DNA of 64,000 nucleotides from Epithemia pelagica (Eukaryota; Protista; Bacillariophyta), in assembly GCA_946965045.2 (NCBI GenBank), contig OX337228.1, forward strand, positions 2,976,001-3,040,000, given 5' to 3'. The notes below the pieces were generated by a model, which had not been told where the DNA came from, made no database searches, and worked only from the letters and a program-made list of their open reading frames with translations. Within the stretch, counting starts at the first letter, position 1, and every line of letters begins with the position of its first letter. The translations under genes and the position numbers were made by a program. Below are positions 40,046-51,000 of this stretch, piece after piece.

Positions 40046-43000
40046 TCAAAGTCCTCGTATAAGGGCCTGATCAGCCACACCCCTCGCGGATCGTTGATAG
40101 GGACTGGGGGGAAGCCGAATCGGCCCTGGTACTAGCGACAACGTGGAACCATCGTCGGCACCGAGCAAGGATACTACCAAATCCCATTCTTGGAATCGCA
40201 AGTGAGAAGAAAATTCCAAACTTAGTCGATCACGACCACGATGGGTGTAATACTCCCTCCAAAACCACAGCACTTGCCGAAAATTGCGCATGACGTCGTC
40301 GTGATCATGAACTTCCGACGGCGACAACCATCGCGAAGAAGAAGAAGCAGCGCTCATGGAATGGCGTTCCGAATCATTTGTGACATCCTCTGAACGTGCC
40401 ATGGCCGTCAATGAACGGTCTCCTACACGTCCATGATGTCGCTGTTGTCGCTCATTGTTGCTCAATTGTCGCAGTTCTTGAAGCAAGGCTGCTAGCTCGT
40501 GTCGCCGATGTGCAAATATGGCAATCACCACGGCTGTGTTGAGACAACAAATGTTTTCGTGATTGATATTTCTCAAGTCGACAACGCTTAACAAATCACG
40601 CAGCAAACGACCTTGATTGGCCGCCAAGAACCAGCTGAGCCGTTCTATACTATTTGGAAGATGTGTTCCTGGAGCAAAGCCCAGTACTCTTCCGCTTTCC
40701 CCGATAGTGGTGGCTGGGGTAAACAACCAACCATTGTGGCCTACACTCTCCTCCAATCCCAAAGGGCTTCGATGAACCAGATAGCCACCAAATCCATTTT
40801 GACGAGCAAGCTCCAAACTGGGAAACCAGTCGTTCTCTTCGTCGCGATGTGGTAGCCACGCACCAACCCTTTCTTCCTCCGGGGTAGTTTCGTTACCGTC
40901 GTCATTTTCGTCCACTTCGTCCTTCTCGTCGTCGCTCTGCTCTGATAAGAAAGACTCGTCCAGGTCGTCTAGAGCAATCGAACGGGTGTCCCACCACGTA
41001 TGTGTAAGGTACGATCTCGAATTGGAATCTCTTATGCTTGTCCAGTCAAACATGGTTGCTGAACCTCTATTAACCTCAACGTCGTCACTATCACTGTGGA
41101 CGTAGAGAGGTCGCAAACAATTCGCTGCCGATAATCGTTCCAGACTGAGCAACAAGGATCGAATGAAGACATTTGAGTCAACCAAATTGGTGGAAGCAAC
41201 CCCCATGAGTTTCCGAAAAGCTTCTTCGTCAAGTTCGGAAACCAAGAGACGAAACACCTCGGCATTCCCTTTCCCCAGTTCGCCCAATAGATCAAATGAC
41301 GTCTGTAAGCTTCCTGAACAGTGCAATCTTTCACTTGAAACATCCCGCACCAAGTGTTGTAACAAGCCTGACTTGGCCAAAAACACTTGTTCGTCGGCGG
41401 AAGAACCTCTCAAGTACGATTCAATACAACTGGCCAACCAAAACCGATATGGAGATTCATCACTCTCACTGATAAAGGCACGAATAATCTTGGACAACAA
41501 ACCAGGTTTACAGTCAGCACGTTGATTGCCATTGCGAAACCCACCACCAAATATCCATTCGCGTTCATCTGGACTCAGAAGCAGTTGTCGACCGTCGTAG
41601 TTGTCGCAGTCGCGATCACAGAAATTATGCAACAATCTCAAATATTGAACACAAAGTGCATTCTCGGGTGTGCATTCACAGCCAGTTCCATTAACGCCTT
41701 CTGAACGCTCCGTCGATGAAGATTCTCCTCTTCTTCCCTCCGGATCGTCTTCAGTGCGATCACCGCGGTCCCCGGGCCGTTCTGATTGTTCCATTTGGAA
41801 CCACGGCAGGCGCTCAAACATTTCCTCCAAGATCGGTATCATTCCCAATTCTTGAACTTGGTCTTGGGCATCCAATTTCCGTTTCCCGCCCAGAAAGGTG
41901 CACAAGACAAACATTAGTTCGACTTGGTATGGTCCCAGGATCATGGCATTGAACTGCAAACTGTTCGCCGCATCAAGAGGCGTCTGGATCGGATGTTGAC
42001 GTTCCGCACGTTCCCCCATTCGGTTCCAATCCGGAGGATCACCACCATCTCCAGCCACATTCTGATACAGTCGTCGAACTAGGATTTGGTCTGTCAGCAT
42101 ACCAGCAAATGAAGCAAGTCCCTGTATTGAAGCAGTGTCAACTACAGCGGTGCCCCCCATTACTATAGGAAATGATGGGGTTGAATCCTCCGGGCCGGGT
42201 TCAGTCGACCAACCACGAGATGGACTGTTGTTTCCATTCGTGTTTCCTCGTCCGTTCGGACGATGACGATGGCGGTGTCTTCGCCGACTTCCAACGACAA
42301 GACCAGCCTGTTGTGCGGTTGTCATTATTCGTAAAAGCTGGTTGGCCGGTTCAGATTCTTCGCTTAATGTCTCTGACAGATTCTCAAGCCAGTCAGCAAT
42401 CGACCCAAGCTCACTGACGTAAGGCTTTCGCCATTCTTCGTCATAGTCTTCATTCTCGCCATCATCATTAGCCGACTCGTCTCCATTGTCTTCGGATATT
42501 AAGAGGTCGCGTGCCAATCGTTCTTGTCGGTCGATTTCTCCCCAATTTTCAAACTCACCAAAACCTAGCATTAACAAGGTGTCCACGATGAATGGATTGT
42601 GCGCCATGATATGATACGGTGAAAATCGTCGGATTGAGGGCGCGAAATTGCTAACCTTTAGCAACTTAAGCAACCGGGACAAAAGTTCGCCATCACCCAG
42701 TAGAATCGCTTGGTTCATGTCTACTGTCGAATCACGTCCCGCTCGAACGGCGCGATTGCGACGTAACTGCAATAATTCAATCGATTTCAGCATACCAGGG
42801 CCCTTCTCGGATAGTGCTGACTGTCGGTCTTCTGGTTCGAATACTAGCAAGGCCAAAATCCGACAAAAGTGAGCCAATTGTCGACAATTGAATCCATGCC
42901 AAAGTCGGTAAAGGTCCGGGACATTTCCTAGATAAAATGTCAACGACGGGATCACTCGACCGGTAGCTCGGTAAGATGGAATCGAGGGTGAAGCTGAAGA

Positions 43001-46000
43001 GGAGTCCATTTCCGTTTCTTGCTGTTGCTGTGAAGCTTGTTGTGGTGCTTGCGAAAGTAAGCTCAGAATCTCTTCAATCAAGGCCGCAGCTGCTTCAAAA
43101 CATGAATCGTGTGCCAGGAGCGTGAACAAAAAGGGCAAAAAATCACCGTTGTCCAAAACAGTGCCATCTTCCACCAAGGCAGGGATGGCGTAAACCAATT
43201 CGCGCAATGAGACAAGGACTTCATTCCACCCATGGGCTAATCGATGGGATACAATTTCTTTGCTCAAATCACGGGCATCGTACGACAAAAAAATTTCCTG
43301 TCCGACAAAGCTCTTCTCACGAAAAACCCGCATCATGGTTTGTACACCTCCTGCCAAACAAAAAGCATCTCGTTCCAATCCCAATCGTCCTCCGCCGGCA
43401 TAATATTTCGGCGCTGTCGGTGGCAAATTGGCATCTTCTACCGTGCCACGTGCAGTGCCTCCACGAGACTGATCTGTCGAGTTTCCGTTTCCCGCTGCTG
43501 TAGCCATGTTCATTGGGTCTCCTGTTAAACGTGGTGTCAAACGAGATATTATTTGGTGTGTTTCCGTCCAGTCTCCAATATCAATGGCGGCAGCCAAGAA
43601 AGCAACTTCTGTGGCAATCCCTCCCGCAGGCTTGTCCATCGTGTTGAACAAGGGTGTCCCTCCCATGGCCCTCAATGACCGACTAACGGGTACGCGCTGG
43701 GGAAAACTTGTTTTCCCAGTAGTTTCCCTTGCGAGAATGGAAAAGACAATATTGGGACCAGTGATACTTTTGTCGCCGGACGTGCTTTTGTTTCGATTGT
43801 TGTCATTTTCACCCTCTTGAAGTCCAATACTTCGTTCACTGGTACTTGCGGTAGTGGCGACACTGGATCGTCTTCGGTACATGGTACCCGTAGTGGTCGC
43901 AGACCCTCTTCGTCCCATGCGATCATTATAGCTGCGATCGACGTAGTCTGCGGACGCGTGATGATACTGTTGTTGCCGACGACGGTGACTAAAGTAATTG
44001 GCCAACGTGCCACCATGAACATTCCCAACAAGCGACAAACTTCCCCGTCGTCCACCCATGAAACTACTACCTTGGCTACTCCTTCTTCGTCCACCGCCAC
44101 CAAACGTACTGGCTGTACTACGCCGACGAAAGATCAGATAATCGCCACCCGACGACCCAGAAAAGGATCCATCGTCCACACCAGATCCATGGTGATAGTC
44201 TTCCAATACAAGAATGGGGGCTGCGGATACGTGGCCTAGTATAAGCGATTCAATGCTTCGTCCCATCCATTCATTGTTGTGACTCAAACGGGGGAAGAAT
44301 TCCGTGTCATGAGCTGCATGTTGGTGGCTGGTATCGTCTTCGTAGTCAAAACTAAAGTTACTGGAAACGGACAAACGTCGACTGTGATAGTGTTGGTTGT
44401 GGTTGTTGATAATGCCGCTATGATCGCTCAAGGGTATCACATTCCTCAACGAGTGTTGCCGCTGTGTGTAATCATGAACCAAGGCAGACGGATGTGCAAC
44501 GAAACGTGTGTTCGGCGTAGAAGTACTACTATCGGACGTGGCCGACACGGTCGGGTTCGCGAGACTTTCCGATGGGTGTGTCGAACCCGCCGTGTTGCGA
44601 AGCGCTCGATTACTACCAGTGCGTTCCGACTGATCGAGTTCTTCTCCTTCTTTTCCCTCCTGTATATCTGCCGTATTGGAGTTGGATCGACCGTGATTGG
44701 CCATGGTGGCAGTTGCCGCTGTATCTGTGCTTCGATTGCTTCCCGTTGCGACGCTTTCATTCGTTCCACCATGATTGCTTCCACTACCGCCACTGCGGCG
44801 CAACATTTCACCCAAACTGCTGCCTCCAACAGGAGATGGTGATGACGATGACGTGGTATCGTTGGAATCGTCCACCGCCATTTCTGGCTGTGACATTCGT
44901 GCGTTTGTCGTGGTGGTAGTAGTAGGAGTGGCGCTGCTGTTCGAGTGGTGACTGCTGTTGAGGCTCGTGCTATTGTGTCCACTCCCTCCTCGAATCATCA
45001 CCCGATGTGCTGGTGATATAGGAGCCGCCGGAAATACATGGAGTGAGGAGCTGTTCGTTCGTTGTGGTGGCGACAAGGAAGAGGAGGAAGAAGATGGAGT
45101 TGTGGGTCGAAGCTCACGGTTCGGGTTGTTGATGTTGTAAGAACTCGTGGTGGACCTGCGTGGCGTCCACAAACGAGCCGGTGACCGTGCTCCGTCGACA
45201 GTGATCGATGTGCTGGAGGAGGTAGATGGACCAACAACGCCACGATTCTGCGATTCCTCGGTGGATGTGGTGGTCCCAGTGACACGATACTGCACGTCTT
45301 CGTCGTCTTCTTCCTCATCATCATAGTCATGAGGTTCTTCGGTAGTATCGTCTTCCACCATACTCTGTAGAGGAGGCAATTCTTCTTCCATGGGAACCAG
45401 GCCAGGTGGCTCGTCCTCCACAGCGCGAGTATCTGGGACTCGCTCTGGTTGTTGGTGGGCCGGACGATTGTGGGTTGGTGGAAAAACAGTGGTGGTTGCT
45501 GTATCGGCCTTGTTGTTTGCTATGGGACGTGGTGATGGTTGCTGCTGTTGACGTGCGGATGACGCCAAACTCCGTCGTTCCAAGAGTCGTCGTCGTGCTT
45601 TGGGTGGATGTAACAACAACGAGGGTTCTGACAAAGTCCGATCCGGTTGTGATGAAGAAGATGACGAAACCTCGGCCGCCGCCAACATGTTAGCGGCCGA
45701 GGAATGATTACTACTATTCGTCGTGGTACCATGATGGAGACTACTATTCTCCTCTTGGGCAGCGGCTGCTGCTGCCGCTCCTCCTCCACCCACTCGCGGT
45801 GCGATACAACGTAAGGTACGCAGTCGTTCCGAAACATTTCGACGGCGTGGTGTGGAGGGGGAATTGGTCGTTGCTTGTTGTTGTTGCAAAACAGAAGTCG
45901 CCGGAGAGACTGGAGAAGCAAAAGCATGCGCCGCGTTGGAAGGAGAAGAGACAACGCTTCGACTCTTTCGACCCAACGAAGACCGTGTGGGTGTTGTGGA

Positions 46001-46378
46001 TTGAAAGTCTCCGCTGCGGCGACGAGTATTACTACTACTGCTCTCTTGTTTCTCCTTGCTATCCGGTGAACTATTTAGTTGTTCTTGCTGTTGTTGTTTG
46101 TTCCGTCCTCCTCCGCGTCGTTGTTTCCGTGGTGATGATGATGATGATGCTGGAAGTTGCTTTTGCGACTGATGATGTGAAGAGGAAGAAGTGCTGCGTT
46201 CTCGGCTGGTCATGGAAGCACTGCGACGATGCTGTTGTAGTTGGTTTGGCCGGTTACCATAACCGTGCACAGTAGAAGACAAGGATAAGGATCTCTGGGG
46301 CGTTCCACCACCACCAGCCTCCTGGGAACTTTCGGACCGTTCCAGGGTCTCCGCAGTCGTCGAGTGTTGTTGACCCAT
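40046..46378 (-). CDS. TRPC4AP/TRUSS-like protein (putative CRL4 substrate receptor) with a very long disordered N-terminus
   Basis: RFWLASCIESYLRG, LQTSFDLLGEL, NLVDSNVFIR, INHENICCLNTAVVI and LWFWREYY..RGRDRLSLEFSS match the TRPC4AP C-terminal blocks. Single 2110-aa ORF. Confidence 0.8.
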   Translation of the reverse strand: MGQQHSTTAETLERSESSQEAGGGGTPQRSLSLSSTVHGYGNRPNQLQQHRRSASMTSRERSTSSSSHHQSQKQLPASSSSSPRKQRRGGGRNKQQQQEQLNSSPDSKEKQESSSSNTRRRSGDFQSTTPTRSSLGRKSRSVVSSPSNAAHAFASPVSPATSVLQQQQATTNSPSTPRRRNVSERLRTLRCIAPRVGGGGAAAAAAAQEENSSLHHGTTTNSSNHSSAANMLAAAEVSSSSSSQPDRTLSEPSLLLHPPKARRRLLERRSLASSARQQQQPSPRPIANNKADTATTTVFPPTHNRPAHQQPERVPDTRAVEDEPPGLVPMEEELPPLQSMVEDDTTEEPHDYDDEEEDDEDVQYRVTGTTTSTEESQNRGVVGPSTSSSTSITVDGARSPARLWTPRRSTTSSYNINNPNRELRPTTPSSSSSSLSPPQRTNSSSLHVFPAAPISPAHRVMIRGGSGHNSTSLNSSHHSNSSATPTTTTTTNARMSQPEMAVDDSNDTTSSSSPSPVGGSSLGEMLRRSGGSGSNHGGTNESVATGSNRSTDTAATATMANHGRSNSNTADIQEGKEGEELDQSERTGSNRALRNTAGSTHPSESLANPTVSATSDSSTSTPNTRFVAHPSALVHDYTQRQHSLRNVIPLSDHSGIINNHNQHYHSRRLSVSSNFSFDYEDDTSHQHAAHDTEFFPRLSHNNEWMGRSIESLILGHVSAAPILVLEDYHHGSGVDDGSFSGSSGGDYLIFRRRSTASTFGGGGRRRSSQGSSFMGGRRGSLSLVGNVHGGTLANYFSHRRRQQQYHHASADYVDRSYNDRMGRRGSATTTGTMYRRRSSVATTASTSERSIGLQEGENDNNRNKSTSGDKSITGPNIVFSILARETTGKTSFPQRVPVSRSLRAMGGTPLFNTMDKPAGGIATEVAFLAAAIDIGDWTETHQIISRLTPRLTGDPMNMATAAGNGNSTDQSRGGTARGTVEDANLPPTAPKYYAGGGRLGLERDAFCLAGGVQTMMRVFREKSFVGQEIFLSYDARDLSKEIVSHRLAHGWNEVLVSLRELVYAIPALVEDGTVLDNGDFLPFLFTLLAHDSCFEAAAALIEEILSLLSQAPQQASQQQQETEMDSSSASPSIPSYRATGRVIPSLTFYLGNVPDLYRLWHGFNCRQLAHFCRILALLVFEPEDRQSALSEKGPGMLKSIELLQLRRNRAVRAGRDSTVDMNQAILLGDGELLSRLLKLLKVSNFAPSIRRFSPYHIMAHNPFIVDTLLMLGFGEFENWGEIDRQERLARDLLISEDNGDESANDDGENEDYDEEWRKPYVSELGSIADWLENLSETLSEESEPANQLLRIMTTAQQAGLVVGSRRRHRHRHRPNGRGNTNGNNSPSRGWSTEPGPEDSTPSFPIVMGGTAVVDTASIQGLASFAGMLTDQILVRRLYQNVAGDGGDPPDWNRMGERAERQHPIQTPLDAANSLQFNAMILGPYQVELMFVLCTFLGGKRKLDAQDQVQELGMIPILEEMFERLPWFQMEQSERPGDRGDRTEDDPEGRRGESSSTERSEGVNGTGCECTPENALCVQYLRLLHNFCDRDCDNYDGRQLLLSPDEREWIFGGGFRNGNQRADCKPGLLSKIIRAFISESDESPYRFWLASCIESYLRGSSADEQVFLAKSGLLQHLVRDVSSERLHCSGSLQTSFDLLGELGKGNAEVFRLLVSELDEEAFRKLMGVASTNLVDSNVFIRSLLLSLERLSAANCLRPLYVHSDSDDVEVNRGSATMFDWTSIRDSNSRSYLTHTWWDTRSIALDDLDESFLSEQSDDEKDEVDENDDGNETTPEEERVGAWLPHRDEENDWFPSLELARQNGFGGYLVHRSPLGLEESVGHNGWLFTPATTIGESGRVLGFAPGTHLPNSIERLSWFLAANQGRLLRDLLSVVDLRNINHENICCLNTAVVIAIFAHRRHELAALLQELRQLSNNERQQRHHGRVGDRSLTAMARSEDVTNDSERHSMSAASSSSRWLSPSEVHDHDDVMRNFRQVLWFWREYYTHRGRDRLSLEFSSHLRFQEWDLVVSLLGADDGSTLSLVPGPIRLPPSPYQRSARGVADQALIRGL

Positions 46379-47174
46379 GACGTTTCAGGCTTCCAAAAAT
46401 GGGTAGAGAGGGAAATGGTCTAGTGGTTGCACACTGTCGTTCTCGAAAGAGATCACCGTTGGTCTTGCTGTTGTTGCTATTATTGTTTCCTTTCTACGAT
46501 ATTGCCAAGGGAGTTGTAGAGAAGGGTACAATATTGGGAAAGCGAAACTAGAGAAAATGCACCTTGTGCCATAGATCCCTTGCTTTCTGTTTCTTTGGTA
46601 TTCTTCAAGAGAATGAACCTATAGACCAATCTCACTGACTGGAACACTGCCTCTAGTCTTGATGGTGTACTGCCTCGTAGGGAGTTCGACTCGAGATGGT
46701 GTGGTCTTCGTTCTTCCCTTCCTAGCTCAATCGGATGCCGTCTGCGTAAAGCAATTGTGTCTAAACAACCGAAAAAGCAACACCTGAGCTCTCTCCAGTG
46801 TCGATTCATAAGTCAACTAATGATTTTAGATGAATCATCTCGCTGAAGAGTAGCAATGGGAGGAAAATTTGCCCCCAATCATGGCATTCGACATTCGACC
46901 GACGACGACATTGCATCGCCCAACATCAGCGTGCCGCGCGCAAGTTTGGTCGTGGTTCTTGCCACACAAGACAAATCGCTGAAGAGCAGCCTTTGAATCG
47001 CTTTTATGAGGTACGTAATCCAACGCATCATTTTTTTGACCTCTCAAGTCAAGTCTCAATTCACAACATCCACAACCGCATTCCATTGACACCAACCGTA
47101 TTGGTGTCACTGGAGACAAAGTTCAACATCTTCACAATTTTCCGATTGGTGTCTTTGTTGCAGAAATAATCATC

Positions 47175-49225
47175 ATGTGGCGGTCTGTCCAGGTGGACAT
47201 TGCGACTGTACTTGCGACGACGACGACAAAGACAACACACATGGGGACGACGCTCCGATATCGGCCACCCGCTGGAGGTGGATCTCGTCGATGGTACAGC
47301 AGCGAGATTGGCAGCTCTTCCGTACGACGCCCTCATCGACCCGGGACAAACGCCATATCCTTTCGTCGAGCAAGGACAAGAATGACGTCGGACTCGAGTT
47401 CATTCATAGTGAGGCCACATTCCACGGTGGCTTCGCGTAGGGTGTTCTGGAACAGGACAAGAAATGGATTCTCGTATGCTACTATTTGTACTCCAGCAGT
47501 TTTGATGGGAGGATACTTGCTACTGGTGGGAGGAAATGGTCATTCGCGAAACTTATCGTTGCCATGGTGCCAGCCGACAGCATGCGAACAAGCTACCACA
47601 GCAACGACTTTGCCCCTCATACAACCAGACACTGACGACAACAAGACGACTCAACACCTGCTTGGTTCTTGGTGGCGGCAGGTGTGTCGAGCCTGTAAAA
47701 TGATGTGGCGATGTGCCAAATTGGCCATTACCCTCTCACCCGTTGTCATGTTGTATCCTGTTTTGTGGTGGAATCAACGCCATATGATCAGCCCTGATCC
47801 CTCGATGGATGCCCAAGATATGCTCCTTCGTTCCACCTTGGACAATCGGCATGGGCAGTATCAAGCCAATCCATGGGTGTCCTGGTATTTCCAAGTTTGT
47901 TTGACCTGTGTTCAATCTAGTGGAGCCGCCGTCATCAAGTTAATGCAATGGGCGGGCTCACGACCAGACATGTTTGGCAACGAATTTTGTGCCATTTTTT
48001 CGCAGTTGCAAGATCACACGCGTCCCCACGCATGGCGCCATACGCAACGCATCCTGGAGCAATCGCTCGGGCCCCAGTGGCAAGAACGAATTCAACTAAA
48101 CCCTACTCCCATTGGAAGTGGCTGTATTGGACAAGTATATCGTGGGATTGTGCAACAGACAAACTCCCAGGATGAACAACCACAAGAAGTGGCAATCAAA
48201 GTGTTACATCCTCAAGTACACGAGGACATTGAGGCCGACTTGGATTTGATGAGATTGTTGGTGCGGATCGTGGATCAGACGGTGCCATTTTGGACGGGCA
48301 CACCGTTGACCTGGCACGACTTGCCCAAAATAGTGGAGGATTTTGCGAGACTCTTGACGGTACAACTGGATATGCGCACAGAAGCGTCCAATCTGCAACG
48401 ATTCCAAGACAACTTTGCAGACGTAGACCACATTATCTTTCCGCAGGTTGTGTCACAATTTACTCCCAGTCGAGATCTACTGGTGGAGACGTACCATGAA
48501 GGCAAGCCGTTGTTGCAATTTGCTCGAGAAAACCAACAAGATCGCAACCTACTCAGTGACTTGTGTTTCAAAGCCATGGAATGTGTTTGTAAAATGGTGT
48601 TTCTCGATAACTTTGTTCATGGTACGTGCACACTCGAAACTCGGACGTTATATCCAACAAATCTCATTCCTGGATGTTGCTCTTACTGATATCCGTAGGA
48701 GATTTGCATCCAGGCAATATTCTGGTTTCACCCGATGGCAAGAAGTTCATTTTGTTGGATGTTGGCATTGTCGCTGAATATTCAGATGACGACCATCAAA
48801 TAATTGTGGACGTTTTGACGGGTTTCATTCAACGAGATGGTCGAAAGGCTGGACAGTGCATGTTATCGGATTCCAACCGACGTGTAAGCCAACGTCAATC
48901 CAAAGGTCAAGAAGTTGTTAATGAAGAGTTGTTCTTGGATAAAATTCAAGCCTTGGCATGGAAAGCAGCCGACAAGGAAAGACACTTGATGGAACATTTG
49001 GGATCGTACATTACGGAAATTTGTGAAGCTGCCTCTGTCCACCACATAACGTTGAACCCCGCTTTTGTCTCGATTGCTTTGACGCTAAAAGTCCAAGAGG
49101 GCGTAGGCTTGTCGCTGGACCCTCAGTTGGAAATGTGGAAAGTGGCAACCCCCATTATTGCCGAATCCCAACGCCGACGCCACCAAGTGGCGCTGTTTTC
49201 ATCGACAACACGCAAAAATGCATAA
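47175..49225 (+). CDS. ABC1/UbiB atypical kinase (ADCK2-like), probably mitochondrial; join(47175..48621, 48699..49225)
   Basis: IKLMQWAGSRPDMF, PIGSGCIGQVY, VAIKVLHP, QLDMRTEA, spliced FVHGDLHPGNILV and LDVGI. Confidence 0.88.
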
Positions 49226-49422
49226 CTTTCCCATGACATGAATTAGACGACATTCGAACTGCTCAGTCAAGTTGCCTGAGAATGATCCAATCAACACATT
49301 CAGCGGTCCACCTTCGCGGTATCCCGGTGCTCTGTTGATGCTCGATTTTCCGAAGAGATCAACCACGGGATTATAGACAACGTCCTCTAGTGGCAGGAGA
49401 AAATTTCGGAAACTGGATTCAC

Positions 49423-49598
49423 TAGGAGTAGGTACTCCTACTACTCTACCTAGCTTCTCTTGGGGCATACTCCTAGTTTCTCCTAAGTAGGAGTAGTAGC
49501 TAGAGCTAGAGGTACCTCCACTAGCTAGAGGAGTAGCTATAGTTGGGGGTCTATCTGGACTACGGATACTCTTCTAGGTAGCTAGCTAGCTAGGAGTA
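49423..49598. repeat. TAG/CTA-rich intergenic tract with inverted TAGGAGTA/TACTCCTA pairs
   Basis: TAGGAGTA-GG-TACTCCTA at 49423-49440. TACTCCTA at 49468 pairs with TAGGAGTA at 49488. A further copy is at 49591. Confidence 0.75.
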
Positions 49599-49727
49599 CC
49601 TACCTTTTGTGTCACTGCTCTTCACTGACGTAGGTCCTTCATTTTTCATCCACTTCGTGCCAAAAATTGAGCCTTTGGCGTCCAATTGTTACATTCCGAC
49701 TATTCCGTATCCAATCTTTGAATCACC

Positions 49728-51000
49728 ATGTCCTCACCTACGATTGCGGAGCCCAAAGAAGGCATTGACTTTTCGTCGTTGCCGTGGAATCTGAACTTAC
49801 CAGACGAGCACGTATACATTCACCTGAAGACCTCTTCTACTTGGACAGCAGAGCACTTGGACGAAATAGAAAGTCATGTTTACTCGTACAAGGATCGTCC
49901 TTTGCCTGTGTCTCCAGCAACCACCTCATTGAATTATGGAACTACCCTTTGGGAGGGCTTGAAGTGTTATCGAACCAGTGACGACAAGGCTGCAGTGTTT
50001 CGACCGGACCGTAACTACGAACGCATGAAAAAGGGTGCCGAGGAGTTGTGTCTTCCCATGCCTAGCAAGGAGCTGTTTATGCGTGCGATTCAAGTGGCCT
50101 TGCAACGGAACAGCCAACTCATTCCACCCACAGGAGAAGGCATGAAGCTGTATGTTCGACCCATGCTCTTTGGAAGTGGACAGCAATTGGGATTGTATCC
50201 GAGTCCGGAATTCAGTTTCCTTATGTATGTTTCCCCCACCGGAAATTACTTCAAATCTGCTACAAGGTGAGTTGACATGAAACATGTTGGTGTTGCGCGT
50301 TCCGCCAAATCTTGTATGCTTTTGGGTGGTACGCTCACACGATGTTGTCACGGACAGTGGTTTAAACATTCATTTGGAGACGCGACGTTCTCGTGCCAGT
50401 AAGGGTGGAATGGGGAGTACAAAATGTGCAGGCAATTATGCGGCCGCGCTGAAACCATTGATGGATTGCAAGAAACATGGGTTCCATGACAACTTGTTTT
50501 TGGATTTGGATACATATGAACCTGGTCACTTGTCTGAGGCAGTGGTACAAGAAATGTCTGCTGCCAATGTGTTCTTCGTCTTAAAAACGGGAGAAATTGT
50601 AACTCCGTCTCTGGATCGAGGCACTATTCTTCCTGGTGTTACTCGTGAAAGTGTGTTGCAAATTATCAACACCTTTGCGGAGGAATTGCTTCCTATTGTT
50701 AAGGAAAGCACTGGAAATGACTCCATTGCTGCAGTGTCGGGCCATAGCCGTACTGTGACGGTATCCGAAATTGCGAATGCCGTGGAGTGCTTTGCCACGG
50801 GAACTGCGGCGGAACTGGTGCCCATTCAACGGTTGGCCACGGATCCCGACGAAGAAACGGCGGAATATAGCTTTACTGACAATGGACCTGTGACGCGTAC
50901 CATTCTTCAAATGCTCCGTGAAACCATGACCGGGAAACGACAGGTGGAGGATGGGTGGTTACGCGATCCTTTTGCATCAAAAGAAGAGTTTTGTGCCTAG
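49728..51000 (+). CDS. ilvE: Branched-chain amino acid aminotransferase; join(49728..50266, 50358..51000)
   Basis: LNYGTTLWEGLKCY, VFRPDRNYERM, LYVRPML, PLP lysine in TKCAGNY, EMSAANVF and ILPGVTRESVL. Confidence 0.93.

Noticed and set aside
46400-47170. Small gene between the TRPC4AP-like and ABC1 genes (ORF 46835..47119)
   Set aside because: No recognisable motifs or convincing splice partners were found. The interval is best read as a divergent promoter/UTR region.
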